Of a stretch of 64,000 bases of DNA, positions 19,805-29,864 are shown one piece after another. Position 1 is the stretch's first letter, and the number at the start of each line of letters is the position of its first letter. The notes beneath the pieces were generated by a model, which made no database searches, had not been told where the DNA came from, and saw only the letters and a program-made list of their open reading frames with translations. The stretch is from Nitrosopumilales archaeon (GTDB lineage: Archaea > Thermoproteota > Nitrososphaeria > Nitrososphaerales > Nitrososphaeraceae): positions 160,001 through 224,000 of the forward strand of contig JBIQJB010000001.1 of the NCBI GenBank assembly GCA_044507735.1, read 5' to 3'. The position numbers and the translations under genes were made by a program.

Positions 19805-21040
19805 CTACGCGCTAGCAGGATTGGAGTCATTGATAGGTTCCGGTAGGTCTTTTCGGTATGCAATCTTTAGCCAAACTGGTGTGATGATGGTGGTAGCGGC
19901 TATCATGATGATGATAGTGGTATAGATGTCGTTAGTCAGCGCCCCTGACGACACACCCACGCCTGCGACTATCAGCCCTACTTCTCCCCTAGAGATCATG
20001 CCTATGCCAACCCGCATTGACCTTGACTTTTCCCTGAGGAAAATGAGTGCAGGAAGACCTGTTCCAACAAGTTTTGTTACGACTGCTACAGCTATCATTA
20101 TGCCTGCAAGATAGAGAACATCGAGATTGACGCCTCGTAGGTCTACCTGCGCACCGATAATGGCGAAGAACAGGGGCGCAAAAATAATTTGCAACTTTTC
20201 GACATATCCATGAACTTGCTCAATGACTCTAGTGCTTGCGACTGCCATACCAATGGCAAATGCTCCTACGATTGGCGACAAGCCGAAGAATGCTGCAATA
20301 CCTGCCGCTGCAAAGAAGGCGGCGGTAACAATCCCCTCTATGCTCCCTTTAGACTTCCAGAGCCTCTCTGTATGAAGTATCTTTGGGATAACCAATACCG
20401 ACACGATCAGTATTGCGGCAAAGGTGCCCAGCACCTGCATTACCAGGAATGTAATGTCCAATATTGCGGGTTCGGTATTTCCTGTCTGTACCATTGTGAC
20501 AACGACTGACAAGGCAGCGATTGCCAAGATGTCGTCAACTATTGCAGCACCTAGAATAAGGCGAGCCTCCTTTGAGTGCATCTTGCCGAGCTCGGTCAGC
20601 ACTTGAATTGAAATTGCGATGCTTGTTGCCGTCAGCGCGGTGGCTATGAGAATAGATTGCAGCGCCTCGACTCCAAACGCAGAGAATGTATAGTATCCTA
20701 CGAAAAACGGAACAATGACCCCCAGCGATCCAACGGTAAAGGCAGCAGCTCCTCCCTTTAGAAACTCTCTTGGGGTTATTTCTAATCCTGCAATGAATAA
20801 TATAACAACTGCTGCAATCTCTCCAAAATGCCTTACAGTTTCGTCCAGAACTACCAGCGGCTCCCCATTTACTAGAGGCAGTGCGCCGAGTGCAAAAGGA
20901 CCGACAATGATTCCGGCAAGCAGCTCTCCCAGTACTATTGGAAGTCTAATCCGATGAAACAGTTCTGCCATCATTTTGGCTGCAAAGAGCAGAACGCCAA
21001 GTGAGATTATCACGTGAAGAAATGTGCCCTCTACTGCCAT
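19805..21040 (-). CDS. Cation:proton antiporter (CPA2/NapA-Kef family)
   Basis: GELLAGIIVGP, TATSIAI, GAAIVDD, RGEVGLI; about 12 TM helices. Confidence 0.92.
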   Translation of the reverse strand: MAVEGTFLHVIISLGVLLFAAKMMAELFHRIRLPIVLGELLAGIIVGPFALGALPLVNGEPLVVLDETVRHFGEIAAVVILFIAGLEITPREFLKGGAAAFTVGSLGVIVPFFVGYYTFSAFGVEALQSILIATALTATSIAISIQVLTELGKMHSKEARLILGAAIVDDILAIAALSVVVTMVQTGNTEPAILDITFLVMQVLGTFAAILIVSVLVIPKILHTERLWKSKGSIEGIVTAAFFAAAGIAAFFGLSPIVGAFAIGMAVASTRVIEQVHGYVEKLQIIFAPLFFAIIGAQVDLRGVNLDVLYLAGIMIAVAVVTKLVGTGLPALIFLREKSRSMRVGIGMISRGEVGLIVAGVGVSSGALTNDIYTTIIIMIAATTIITPVWLKIAYRKDLPEPINDSNPASA

Positions 21041-21335
21041 TGTGCAACTCTTGTCACACAAACAAACGCAATAAAAATGAACGCTTTCTATCCACAAAAC
21101 AACGATCAGTGCCGAGTGATCGGGATGGTGGACAAGGCATCTGTTGGCACCGCCACCACTGAATGCTAGTTCTGCGGATGCTCATTCAGCAGAGGTATCG
21201 AATTGATTGTATAGCCAGTAGGTGCAATTGTTGTGTTCTCGAAGACATATTCGCAGTCATCACAAGCCTTGGGCCGGACTTGGAAATCGCATATGAAGAT
21301 GAGTTCTAGGGAAATACAAGTATTGCTTGGTGAAA

Positions 21336-21785
21336 TCACCGAGAGTCTGATTCATTACTGGTTGCGACCTCGTTCTGCAATATGTCCCGGACGATTTTCT
21401 GCAGTGTTGACAGCGCGACAGGTTTCTTGATGAAGGCGCGAACATCGTGCTGTGGAAAGACCTTTTGATACTCCTCCGGATAGATCTCAAATGCAGTCAT
21501 GAAACACACGGGCAGGGTTGGATCTTTTTCTCTGAGCTTTCGATAGAGTTGGAATCCATTCATGACGGGCATCCTGATATCCAATAGTGATAGCTGATAA
21601 TAACTGGGCTTGAATTGCGACAGAGCATCATCTGGGTGGTGAAACGTGTCTACTACAAATCCTTCTTTAGATAATCCAATTGACAAGAAGATAGCGATAT
21701 CAGGTTCATCATCGACAATCAATATTTTGGCACTATGCGATGTCGCAAATGTTCCTTGGTTGCTACTGATGTCTCCAGAATTCAT
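21336..21785 (-). CDS. Stand-alone response-regulator receiver
   Basis: ILIVDDEPD, LLDIRMP, FMTA, FIKKP. Confidence 0.9.
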   Translation of the reverse strand: MNSGDISSNQGTFATSHSAKILIVDDEPDIAIFLSIGLSKEGFVVDTFHHPDDALSQFKPSYYQLSLLDIRMPVMNGFQLYRKLREKDPTLPVCFMTAFEIYPEEYQKVFPQHDVRAFIKKPVALSTLQKIVRDILQNEVATSNESDSR

Positions 21786-22534
21786 ATTTAAGTTTCAGAT
21801 TCATGATATTTAATTGCCCGGGAATAATCTTCCACTGAAAATGCATTACGCAACGAAATTCCAAAATCACACTTCAAGAATTTTCTTCTTTCTTCCGTAA
21901 TATCTATGCCTTTTCAAGTAGCGTGATATGTTGGCAGATATCTAGCGTTCAATTCTGACAGATTTTGCTTGTTGTCCATTTATCGCAAGGGATGCCGCCT
22001 GACAGCTGATTAACCGCCCTCTGAGGATTTCTTGCATCACATCTGTTTCCCGCGCCGTTCTAACGATCCTAATATCGCTTTGGAAATAAAGTGTCCAAAA
22101 TAGGGAACAAAGATAGTCATAGTCGTGGGGCGGCAGATATCCTATTCAATAGAAACCATCATTCTTGATCACGCGCGAGCGCACGCAATCGACCTATCAT
22201 TCTCTTTCGACTTGCCGCATTTGTCGCATCCATAATATTGGTACAAGTTCTAGCTGGCAACTCCTGTGTCACTTACTCTAGTCTCTGACGAGTCGCCAAA
22301 GGCGGTTTTACTATTTTCTATTCCAAGAGCGCTATCGTCGATGCCGCATGTCTGTTACACAGTTCTCGGACCACAAATCTTCAACCATGATATGGAAACA
22401 GCCATGCGAGTTGGAGGCTCGCATATCTCCTCCCTTTCGCCTTTTCCCAACAAGTATGCCTTCATCTAGCTAGGATGAATGAAATTGCCGCAGAACGTCA
22501 TTAGCATCTGGCTAGATCTCGTCTAGCTGGATAA

Positions 22535-22690
22535 CTAACTTCTTCTCCTATACCATTTGTAGATGAAATAAGCCGCAGCAATTATCGCTACCACCACGAT
22601 CAGGGGCCATAGAAAATAGATTACAAGAGCTGCTATTATTATCAGCGCCGCGACGATCAACCAGTCTAAAATACCCATCGGACGAGCCAT
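22535..22690 (-). CDS. Small hydrophobic membrane protein (51 aa; not in ORF track)
   Basis: MARPMGILDWLIVAALIIIAALVIYFLWPLIVVVAIIAAAYFIYKWYRRRS*; hairpin immediately downstream (22507-22530). Confidence 0.65.
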   Translation of the reverse strand: MARPMGILDWLIVAALIIIAALVIYFLWPLIVVVAIIAAAYFIYKWYRRRS

Positions 22691-22951
22691 GTAAATGGAA
22701 GTACACTATTGCTTTTGAAGATTTGAGAAGTTTCTCGACGATTGGAAACTAATAAGACTTTGTGGTATCAGTTTACGCAAATACATGTGAATGATGGAAA
22801 GTGTGGTCCTTGGCAATGACAAAAGCATGAAAAGATCTTGGCGCAGCAGATAGTGTAAAGTAATAGTTGCTGCTCAATATGCAACTGACAACAAAATAAT
22901 GAACACGGATAAAAAGGGTATGTGTAGTTATGCTCCGCTCCAAACAGCAAG

Positions 22952-23341
22952 TCAGATTTTCAATTGCCTCTTTACGGCCGTGCAAATCTGGACTAGCTTG
23001 AAAGGCTTCTGAATGATCTCGTCACTCTTGATAGTTGGCAGTTTAGGCTGCAGATCTTCTGCAACTATTTCAAATGCAGTCATCATGATGATCTTGATGT
23101 CTGGCTTTGTCTTTCGCATCAATGCTGCAAGCATGATGCCACTCATCTCTGGCATCCTGAAATCGATCAGGCAGAGCGCGTATGCGTCTGGGTCCTGCCT
23201 GAAGCGCTGAAACGCAATCGCAGGGTTACTAAAGTCTTCTACTCTGAACCCCCACTTTTCGAGATACCGCCGAACGACATGCAAAATGTCAAGCTCGTCG
23301 TCGACTATCATTATTGTCTTGTTCCTGGAAAAGCCTGACAT
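22952..23341 (-). CDS. Stand-alone response-regulator receiver
   Basis: IMIVDDE, LIDFRMPEMSG, MMTA, IQKP. Confidence 0.92.
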   Translation of the reverse strand: MSGFSRNKTIMIVDDELDILHVVRRYLEKWGFRVEDFSNPAIAFQRFRQDPDAYALCLIDFRMPEMSGIMLAALMRKTKPDIKIIMMTAFEIVAEDLQPKLPTIKSDEIIQKPFKLVQICTAVKRQLKI

Positions 23342-23421
23342 CTGTTGGAAGGATAGTTCGACAACATAATAAAACTAGCTAGAACTCTATTCCTAGCTCT
23401 CATCCCGCGGAAGAATTGCCT

Positions 23422-24777
23422 CTAGCCTGCAAATCTCTCCATTATCCTGCCGATGCACTTCGTGGTCTTGTTCAAGAGATCGATTCTTGCAAACTCGTTT
23501 GGAGAGTGGATGCGGGCGAATATGTACGTGCTGCCGATTGAAATGCAGGGAGCCTTGAGTACCTTGATAAACGAGTACATCGGTCCCGTTCCGGCAGACG
23601 AAACGCTAGTGATTGCAGAGCCAAAGGTTTCCTTTGCAGCCAGTTGCACCAGCCTCACAAACGGGTCTCTTATTGGTGTTCTGGCAGCCGCTTCTCCGTG
23701 GATGAGCTTTACCTCGATGTCCCCAAAGCCGTGCAGCTTTAGGTGCCTCTTGAGCCGCTCCAGCTGCTTTTCCGGCACCATGTCTGGAACGAGCCTAAAG
23801 TCGATCTTGGCTGTTGCTTGAGCGGGAAGGACCGTCTTGGCACCTTCGCCAATATAGCCGGAGTTAAAGCCGGCGATGTTGCAGGTGGGCATCCCAACAA
23901 GAGCCTTTTTCACGTCTCTTCCTTTTGCATTCTTGACGAACCTTTCTGTGCCATATTCCTGCTTGAACTCTTTTTCATCAAAGGGCTCCTTTGAGATTAC
24001 TCCAATTTCTTCTCGAGTAAACGGTCTGACCTCTTTGTACCAGTCCTTTATCAATATCCTGCCATTATGGTCACGCATTGTAGCAAGCGCGGACACCAGC
24101 CTCCATGCAGGATTCTCTATTAGTACCGCCAGGCTAGAATGAGCGTCCCTTGTAGGCCCCCTTGCTATCAGCTCAACATACAACAACCCCTTCATGCCGA
24201 GACTGATTATGGGTCTGTCCTTTGCATCGACATAACCAAACTCCCAGATAACGCCGTCGCATGCAAGCCTATCGCGGTATTTTGTCAGGTATTGCTCTAC
24301 ATGCACACTGCCTATTTCCTCTTCTCCTTCCACCATGAACTTGATATTGCACGGAACATCTCCTGTCTTCTTGAGGAAGTATTCTACTGCCTTGATACGG
24401 GTGATGAGTTCCCCCTTGTCATCAGCAGAGCCTCTGCCAAAAACATAATTTCCCTCTACCTTACCACTGAACGGATTGTCATTCCAAAGCTCCACGGGTT
24501 CCTCAGGCTGGACGTCATAGTGGTTATAGAAAAGCAGAGTCTTGTCTGGGTTTGAACGCGACAACACTTCGCCGTAGACGATCGGCGGGATGCTCTTGTC
24601 ATCAAGATACAATACCTCTGAAGCAATACCGGATTTGCGCATTATCTCGGCAACGAGGTTTGCACACTCTACTAGACCTTGCTTTTTAGCAGACACACTT
24701 GGCTGCCTTATGAGCGTCTGGAGGTCGGAGACCAGTCCGGGCATTTCGGCATCCACGATAGAGTTTATTGCACTCAA
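23422..24777 (-). CDS. M20 family metallopeptidase/deacylase (DapE/ArgE-like)
   Basis: YNHYDVQP, GRGSADDKG, EGEEEIGS, HSPNE. Confidence 0.93.
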   Translation of the reverse strand: MSAINSIVDAEMPGLVSDLQTLIRQPSVSAKKQGLVECANLVAEIMRKSGIASEVLYLDDKSIPPIVYGEVLSRSNPDKTLLFYNHYDVQPEEPVELWNDNPFSGKVEGNYVFGRGSADDKGELITRIKAVEYFLKKTGDVPCNIKFMVEGEEEIGSVHVEQYLTKYRDRLACDGVIWEFGYVDAKDRPIISLGMKGLLYVELIARGPTRDAHSSLAVLIENPAWRLVSALATMRDHNGRILIKDWYKEVRPFTREEIGVISKEPFDEKEFKQEYGTERFVKNAKGRDVKKALVGMPTCNIAGFNSGYIGEGAKTVLPAQATAKIDFRLVPDMVPEKQLERLKRHLKLHGFGDIEVKLIHGEAAARTPIRDPFVRLVQLAAKETFGSAITSVSSAGTGPMYSFIKVLKAPCISIGSTYIFARIHSPNEFARIDLLNKTTKCIGRIMERFAG

Positions 24778-24918
24778 TATGTCTGTAGAGGGTTTTCAAT
24801 GTGAAAATAAAGGTTGCCTTTCTTCATCCAGAGCAGCATGCCTACCTGTGAAAATATTTCTAGAATTCTCTATCTATGGGTATTATATGGGTGTAGAGCC
24901 GCGCATTCTTGTCAGTAG

Positions 24919-26133
24919 GTGAGAATGTTAGGGGATAGCCGAGATGAGGGGACTGGCATTGAAGTCATTCGAGACCGAAATGCTATCCAGCGTCTATACT
25001 CCTCCCTTGTCCAATCGGCCAGGAGTGAGATCCAGCTCTTTCTCCCGACCACAAGCGCCTTCTTGAGGGAGGAAAAGATGGGGATCGTTCAGTCTCTCCT
25101 CGACGCGGCTAAGCGTGGAGTCAAGATTCGCTTTCTGACAGTGGCCAACGAAACGATTACCTTAAAGATGAAGGCAATGCTGACGAACAGCAGCCCTAAC
25201 ATCGAGGTAAGGCGGATTAGACACGCTGCAACATCGGGCGATCCTCATGAAGCTAGGACCAAGATCCTCGTAATAGATCAGCGAGAGTATCTGATAGTAG
25301 AGCTGAGCGATGACTCGAAGGAAACGTTTGTCGAAGCTGTGCGATCTGCAATCCATTCTACAACCAGATCTACTGTCAGGTCGTACCTTACTCTGTTTGA
25401 CAACCTATGGGAGCAATCAGATCTATATGAAAAACTGGAGGCGCACGAAAAGATGCAGAAGGAATTCATCAATATCGCGGCTCACGAGCTTAGAACTCCG
25501 ATCCAGCCAATACTTGGTCTGGCAGAGATGCTGGAGGAAGAATTTTCATCTGGAGCTGAAGTATCAACGATCAAGAAGGAAGATTTGGCTCTGCTTGTGC
25601 GCAACGCAAGAAGACTGGAATATCTGGCCCAGTCAATTCTCGAGGTCTCTAGAATCGAGAGCAATTCTTTCAGCCTGAACAAGGAAAAGTTTGACATCCG
25701 TGAAAAGATAAGGAACTTGATTGCAGACGTGAAGATACTGACCGCGATGAGCGAGCACGTGAAAATTGAAGTCGCAATTCCTGAACCGATTCTTGTGGAG
25801 GCCGACAGGACAAGGATATACGAAGTCATATCAAACCTTGTACGAAACGCGATAAAGTTTACAGATGAAGGAACGATTATCGTAACTGCGCAAAAGCACG
25901 ACGATGAAGTGGTCATTGAAGTAAAGGACTTTGGAAAGGGAATCGATGCCGACATTATGCCAAAGCTGTTCTCAAAGTTTGCCACAAAGTCGAATCAGGG
26001 AACAGGCCTTGGCCTTTTCGTATCCAAGAAAATAGTGGAGGCGCACGGTGGCAGGATTTGGGCAGAGAACAACAGGGATGGAAAGGGCGCTACTTTTTCA
26101 TTCACTCTGCCATTACCTGAGTGCAAAAACTAA
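24919..26133 (+). CDS. Cytoplasmic sensor histidine kinase with an N-terminal TrmB/PLD-like domain
   Basis: H-box AAHELRTP, N-box NLVRNAIKF, DFGKG, GTGLGL; no TM segment. Confidence 0.93.
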   Translation: MRMLGDSRDEGTGIEVIRDRNAIQRLYSSLVQSARSEIQLFLPTTSAFLREEKMGIVQSLLDAAKRGVKIRFLTVANETITLKMKAMLTNSSPNIEVRRIRHAATSGDPHEARTKILVIDQREYLIVELSDDSKETFVEAVRSAIHSTTRSTVRSYLTLFDNLWEQSDLYEKLEAHEKMQKEFINIAAHELRTPIQPILGLAEMLEEEFSSGAEVSTIKKEDLALLVRNARRLEYLAQSILEVSRIESNSFSLNKEKFDIREKIRNLIADVKILTAMSEHVKIEVAIPEPILVEADRTRIYEVISNLVRNAIKFTDEGTIIVTAQKHDDEVVIEVKDFGKGIDADIMPKLFSKFATKSNQGTGLGLFVSKKIVEAHGGRIWAENNRDGKGATFSFTLPLPECKN

Positions 26134-26143
26134 GTACTGGACA

Positions 26144-26311
26144 TCATTGAGATGGGTCGACAAAGATCCTTATCCTGTCGCGACCTGTAATCATGAAAGA
26201 CGAGTCTTCACGCTCTGAAACATCCACGATGATGCTGTACAGGACCCAAGCACTAAAGACCAATGCGATTATCGCAGGGATTACAAGCAAGACCCAAATT
26301 CCAGCTGCCAT
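26144..26311 (-). CDS. Small single-TM protein (55 aa; not in ORF track)
   Basis: MAAGIWVLLVIPAIIALVFSAWVLYSIIVDVSERED...; TTTTTAT element ~30 nt upstream on the minus strand. Confidence 0.5.
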   Translation of the reverse strand: MAAGIWVLLVIPAIIALVFSAWVLYSIIVDVSEREDSSFMITGRDRIRIFVDPSQ

Positions 26312-26399
26312 GTGTTCTGTAGTTAGTTAGGGCTGTTCGGGATAAAAAACCAATCTCCGGATGGAGCATTTATAACCATCCTGAAGCGTTTTTCACTTC

Positions 26400-28502
26400 A
26401 TGTCAAACTCGATCTTCTTTGCTCCAAAGTCAATAGCGGTCATTGGGGCTTCTGAGAAGCCCGGTGTAGGCAAGACCATCTTTACCAATATTGCAAAGCA
26501 CTTCAAGGGCGAGATCTACCCTGTTACGCCGTCGAACCCGACGGTAGGGGGTCGGACCGCCTACAAGAGTGTATTGGACATCCCGGAAAGTGTGGACCTT
26601 GCCGTGGTCGCAGCCCCGAGCAGGTTTACTCCTGCCGTCATGGAAGAAGTGGGCAAGAAGGGGATCAAGGGGGCAATCATTGTCTCTGCTGGCTTTAAGG
26701 AGGTTGACGAGGCAGGGGCCAAGCTGGAAAAAGAAGTAGGCGAGATCGCTAAGAAATATGGCATTAGGGTAATTGGGCCGAATTGCCTCGGGATCATGAG
26801 CCTATCGCAGAACAACATTATGAATTCTACTTTTCTAAAGGTCACTCCAAAGTATGGTGGCATTGCGCTAGTCTCGCAAAGTGGAGCAATCTGCGCGGCC
26901 ACTGTAGAGGACGCCGAGGCGCAGAACATTGGATTTTCAAAAGTCATCAGCATGGGCAACAAAGTCGACATGGACGAAAGTGACGTGCTAGAGCTTTTGG
27001 CTGAAGATGCTGATACACGGGTGATTGTGATGTACCTCGAAGACATTCGCAATGCAAGACGCTTCATGGAAATTGCAAGAAGGATAACAACAGAGAAGAA
27101 AAAGCCTATTATCGTGCTCAAATCAGGCAGAACTGCTGAAGGTGCCAAAGCAGCAGCCTCGCACACTGGAGCATTAGGAGGTTCAGACGCAAACTACGAG
27201 GCAGCATTTGCCCAGTGCGGAGTTATCCGCGTCGACACGATGGGCGAGCTGTTTGACCTTGCCACTGCATTTTCAAAGCAGCCTTTGCCCAACGGAGGAG
27301 TGGTGATCGTTTCGAACGCTGGCGGCCCTGCCATCATTTCTACTGATGCCTGTTCCAGGTACGGATTAGAAATGGCAGACATCTCGTCAATCCGAGACGA
27401 CATTGCCAAGGTCATTCCGCCTTACGGTTCTCCAAGGAACCCTGTGGACATTGTGGGTGATGCTGATTTCGTCAGGTTTGAGAATGTGCTGAACCTCGTT
27501 CTCTCTCACAGGAATGTCGGCTCGGTGGTGACAATGTGCACGCCATCGGCTACGCTGAATTATGATGACTTGGCCAGAGTGCTCGTAAAGATGTCCAAGA
27601 AATTCCCTGACAAGACAATACTGGCGTCGCTCATGGGACTCGCAGAAGGTGTGGAGAATAGGACGATAATGTCGGAGGGTGGAGTGCCTTATTACCTGTA
27701 TGCAGAGCCGGCGATAAGGACACTGAAGGCAATGTATGAATTCAAGAAATGGGTTGATACATCTGCGACAAAGGCTCCTACACTGCAGTTTGCCAAGGAT
27801 AAGGACAAGGTCAGCTCCATTTTTGAAAATGTAAAGAGGCAAGGAAGAAACAACCTGCTTGAAGAGGAAGGCTACGAAGTGCTTAGGGCTTATGGCTTTC
27901 CGACTCCAAAGAGCATACTTGGCGCGACAGAGGACGAGTGCATCAAGGCTGCAAAGGAGATAGGTTATCCTGTCGTCATGAAGATCGCATCGCCTGACAT
28001 TATTCACAAGTCTGATGCTGGCGGAGTCAAGGTGGGAGTCAAGAACGATGACGAGCTGCGGGCCGCATTCAGATCCATAATAGATGGCGCCAAAAAGTAC
28101 AAGGCCGATGCCAAGATAAAGGGCGTGCTTGTGCAGGAAATGGTCACAGGAGCGAAGGAGACGATACTCGGTGCAAGTCAGGATCCCACGTTTGGACCGG
28201 TAATAATGTTTGGTCTCGGCGGCATCTATGTCGAGGTGCTCAAGGACGTGGTGTTCCGTGTCGCGCCGATCGATGAGCGCGAAGCCACGAAAATGGTGGA
28301 ATCAATCAAGACAATCAAGTTACTAAAAGGAGTCAGAGGTGAAAAGCCCTCCGACCTGAAGGCAATTGCAGATTCGCTGCAAAGGCTGTCACAGCTTGTG
28401 GTCGACTTTCCAGAAATAAAGGAGTTTGACATCAATCCGCTCCTTGTGCTCGAAGAAGGCAAGGGCGCACGCGTGGTAGATGCCAGAATTATACTGAAAT
28501 AG
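26400..28502 (+). CDS. ADP-forming acyl-CoA synthetase, probably 4-hydroxybutyrate--CoA ligase of the thaumarchaeal 3HP/4HB cycle
   Basis: CoA-binding domain first (PKSIAVIGAS, GPNCLG, SHTGAL), ATP-grasp last (HKSDAGGV); MNSTFLKVTPK and SQSGAICAA match my recollection of Nmar_0206. Confidence 0.85.
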   Translation: MSNSIFFAPKSIAVIGASEKPGVGKTIFTNIAKHFKGEIYPVTPSNPTVGGRTAYKSVLDIPESVDLAVVAAPSRFTPAVMEEVGKKGIKGAIIVSAGFKEVDEAGAKLEKEVGEIAKKYGIRVIGPNCLGIMSLSQNNIMNSTFLKVTPKYGGIALVSQSGAICAATVEDAEAQNIGFSKVISMGNKVDMDESDVLELLAEDADTRVIVMYLEDIRNARRFMEIARRITTEKKKPIIVLKSGRTAEGAKAAASHTGALGGSDANYEAAFAQCGVIRVDTMGELFDLATAFSKQPLPNGGVVIVSNAGGPAIISTDACSRYGLEMADISSIRDDIAKVIPPYGSPRNPVDIVGDADFVRFENVLNLVLSHRNVGSVVTMCTPSATLNYDDLARVLVKMSKKFPDKTILASLMGLAEGVENRTIMSEGGVPYYLYAEPAIRTLKAMYEFKKWVDTSATKAPTLQFAKDKDKVSSIFENVKRQGRNNLLEEEGYEVLRAYGFPTPKSILGATEDECIKAAKEIGYPVVMKIASPDIIHKSDAGGVKVGVKNDDELRAAFRSIIDGAKKYKADAKIKGVLVQEMVTGAKETILGASQDPTFGPVIMFGLGGIYVEVLKDVVFRVAPIDEREATKMVESIKTIKLLKGVRGEKPSDLKAIADSLQRLSQLVVDFPEIKEFDINPLLVLEEGKGARVVDARIILK

Positions 28503-28514
28503 ACAAGAAATCCG

Positions 28515-29249
28515 TCAGAGCCTGCTTCCGCACTCCGCGCAGAATGCAGAGCCGGCTTCATTCTGGTAGCCACATGCGTGGCACCTTCCACCACTTGACG
28601 TGTGCGATGGTCCTTCAGATTTTAGAAGGACTATATCTCCTATCTTTGAAACACCATCCCATGGAATTTCCTTGCCGCCAATCCTGAGCACGATCTTGGC
28701 TGTCCCTGCTTCTCTCTGCAATCCGACTTCTTCTACCTTCCCTATTAGCAAAGCCTCGCTATCATAAGCTGCCATTCCAATAATTGATTGCAGGCTGACA
28801 AATCCGCCGTGGCCATGTGGGGCAGTAGTCGGAGCGACAGCGATGTCTGGAGTGGTAGTTGTGGTTTCTGTTGTCGGTTCTGACCTTGGTTCGTCAGAAA
28901 CCATCGCTGGTTGTGGTTGCTCCTGAGCTGGCGCGTCAAACTTGCGGTACTGAGCAATGGTGGAATTGCATGTCTTGCACTTGTATTCCCCCTTTTCAAC
29001 AAGAGTGACGCCTTCGCCCAACTCCTCATTTGGATTATCATATTGTATCGCAGGCGCCCCTTCGTACTCTTTTTCGCAGTTGTTGCAATAATATTTTACA
29101 AATCTGTCGTCTTCTAACCTCCCAATGCCTGCCAGAAACAGCTCCGGTCCTCCGAGGTTGCCTCTCTTCTGCTCCTCATCGGTTACTCTTGCAATCGCAT
29201 ATCCGCCGGAGCCACGCAGCTTCTTTTGCCCCATGTCTTCAGCCATCAT
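28515..29249 (-). CDS. Zinc-ribbon / PRC-barrel / zinc-ribbon protein
   Basis: CNNC...CKTC, Pro/Thr linker, PRC barrel (SIIGMAAYDSEALLIGKVEEV...IPWDGVSKIGDIVLLK), C-terminal CHACG...FCAECG. Confidence 0.8.
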   Translation of the reverse strand: MMAEDMGQKKLRGSGGYAIARVTDEEQKRGNLGGPELFLAGIGRLEDDRFVKYYCNNCEKEYEGAPAIQYDNPNEELGEGVTLVEKGEYKCKTCNSTIAQYRKFDAPAQEQPQPAMVSDEPRSEPTTETTTTTPDIAVAPTTAPHGHGGFVSLQSIIGMAAYDSEALLIGKVEEVGLQREAGTAKIVLRIGGKEIPWDGVSKIGDIVLLKSEGPSHTSSGGRCHACGYQNEAGSAFCAECGSRL

Positions 29250-29864
29250 ATGATATCCCTAGTCTATCCGTTGCAAGTTATTTAAATCATGTCAAATCGC
29301 CGCACTGTCTCTAATGTCAGTTGCTCCTCCTAGGTGAACAAGACCTTGTCGACGATCCCATCGATGTGGACGATGTTGATATCCGTGTCATGAATCTCTC
29401 GGTATCCAGCCGAATCCTTGTACCGCGCTGATCGTCTTCCCCATCCTGGTTTGGCTACATGCGTCATACCCAAGTGCGATTTTTCGCGGAAACGAACTTG
29501 TGGTCAAGTTCATCCCAAGAGTCGATTGCCCTCATGTTGCCGGAAGAAATTTCTGCCGGCACTCCTGATTTCTCGTCGCAAAGTCCAGATAAGTTTACTG
29601 CGACCGACTAGTCAAAGTCATATTGTAACTAGGATAAATTAGCAAGCTCGCAATTCTGGGGCGTGTCTGTCAGATAGATTGCCACCCATGCTCTAGGTGC
29701 TACATGAACAACAATTCCAATCTCCATCCAGCAGGCAGGCATGTGGTCAAGGCTGTTGTTACCTTTTGTATGGGCTAGTGCCGGAAAGATGTTATGAAAA
29801 TATTTTCTGCATGGCAAGTCTGTTCAGCTCGGCAGGCTCCAATAAGGATCTGCCCTAGAGATTA

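Noticed and set aside
18841-23440. Integrated element at tRNA-Val (CAAATCTCTCC recurs at ~23430)
   Set aside because: Only 11 bp, lies inside the M20 gene, and there is no integrase in the window.
25482-25985. Long antisense ORFs (also 13824-14501, 33623-34300, 26561-27166)
   Set aside because: Shadow frames of well-supported genes on the opposite strand.
29330-29820. Short minus-strand ORF fragments suggesting a decayed gene
   Set aside because: No recognisable family motif.
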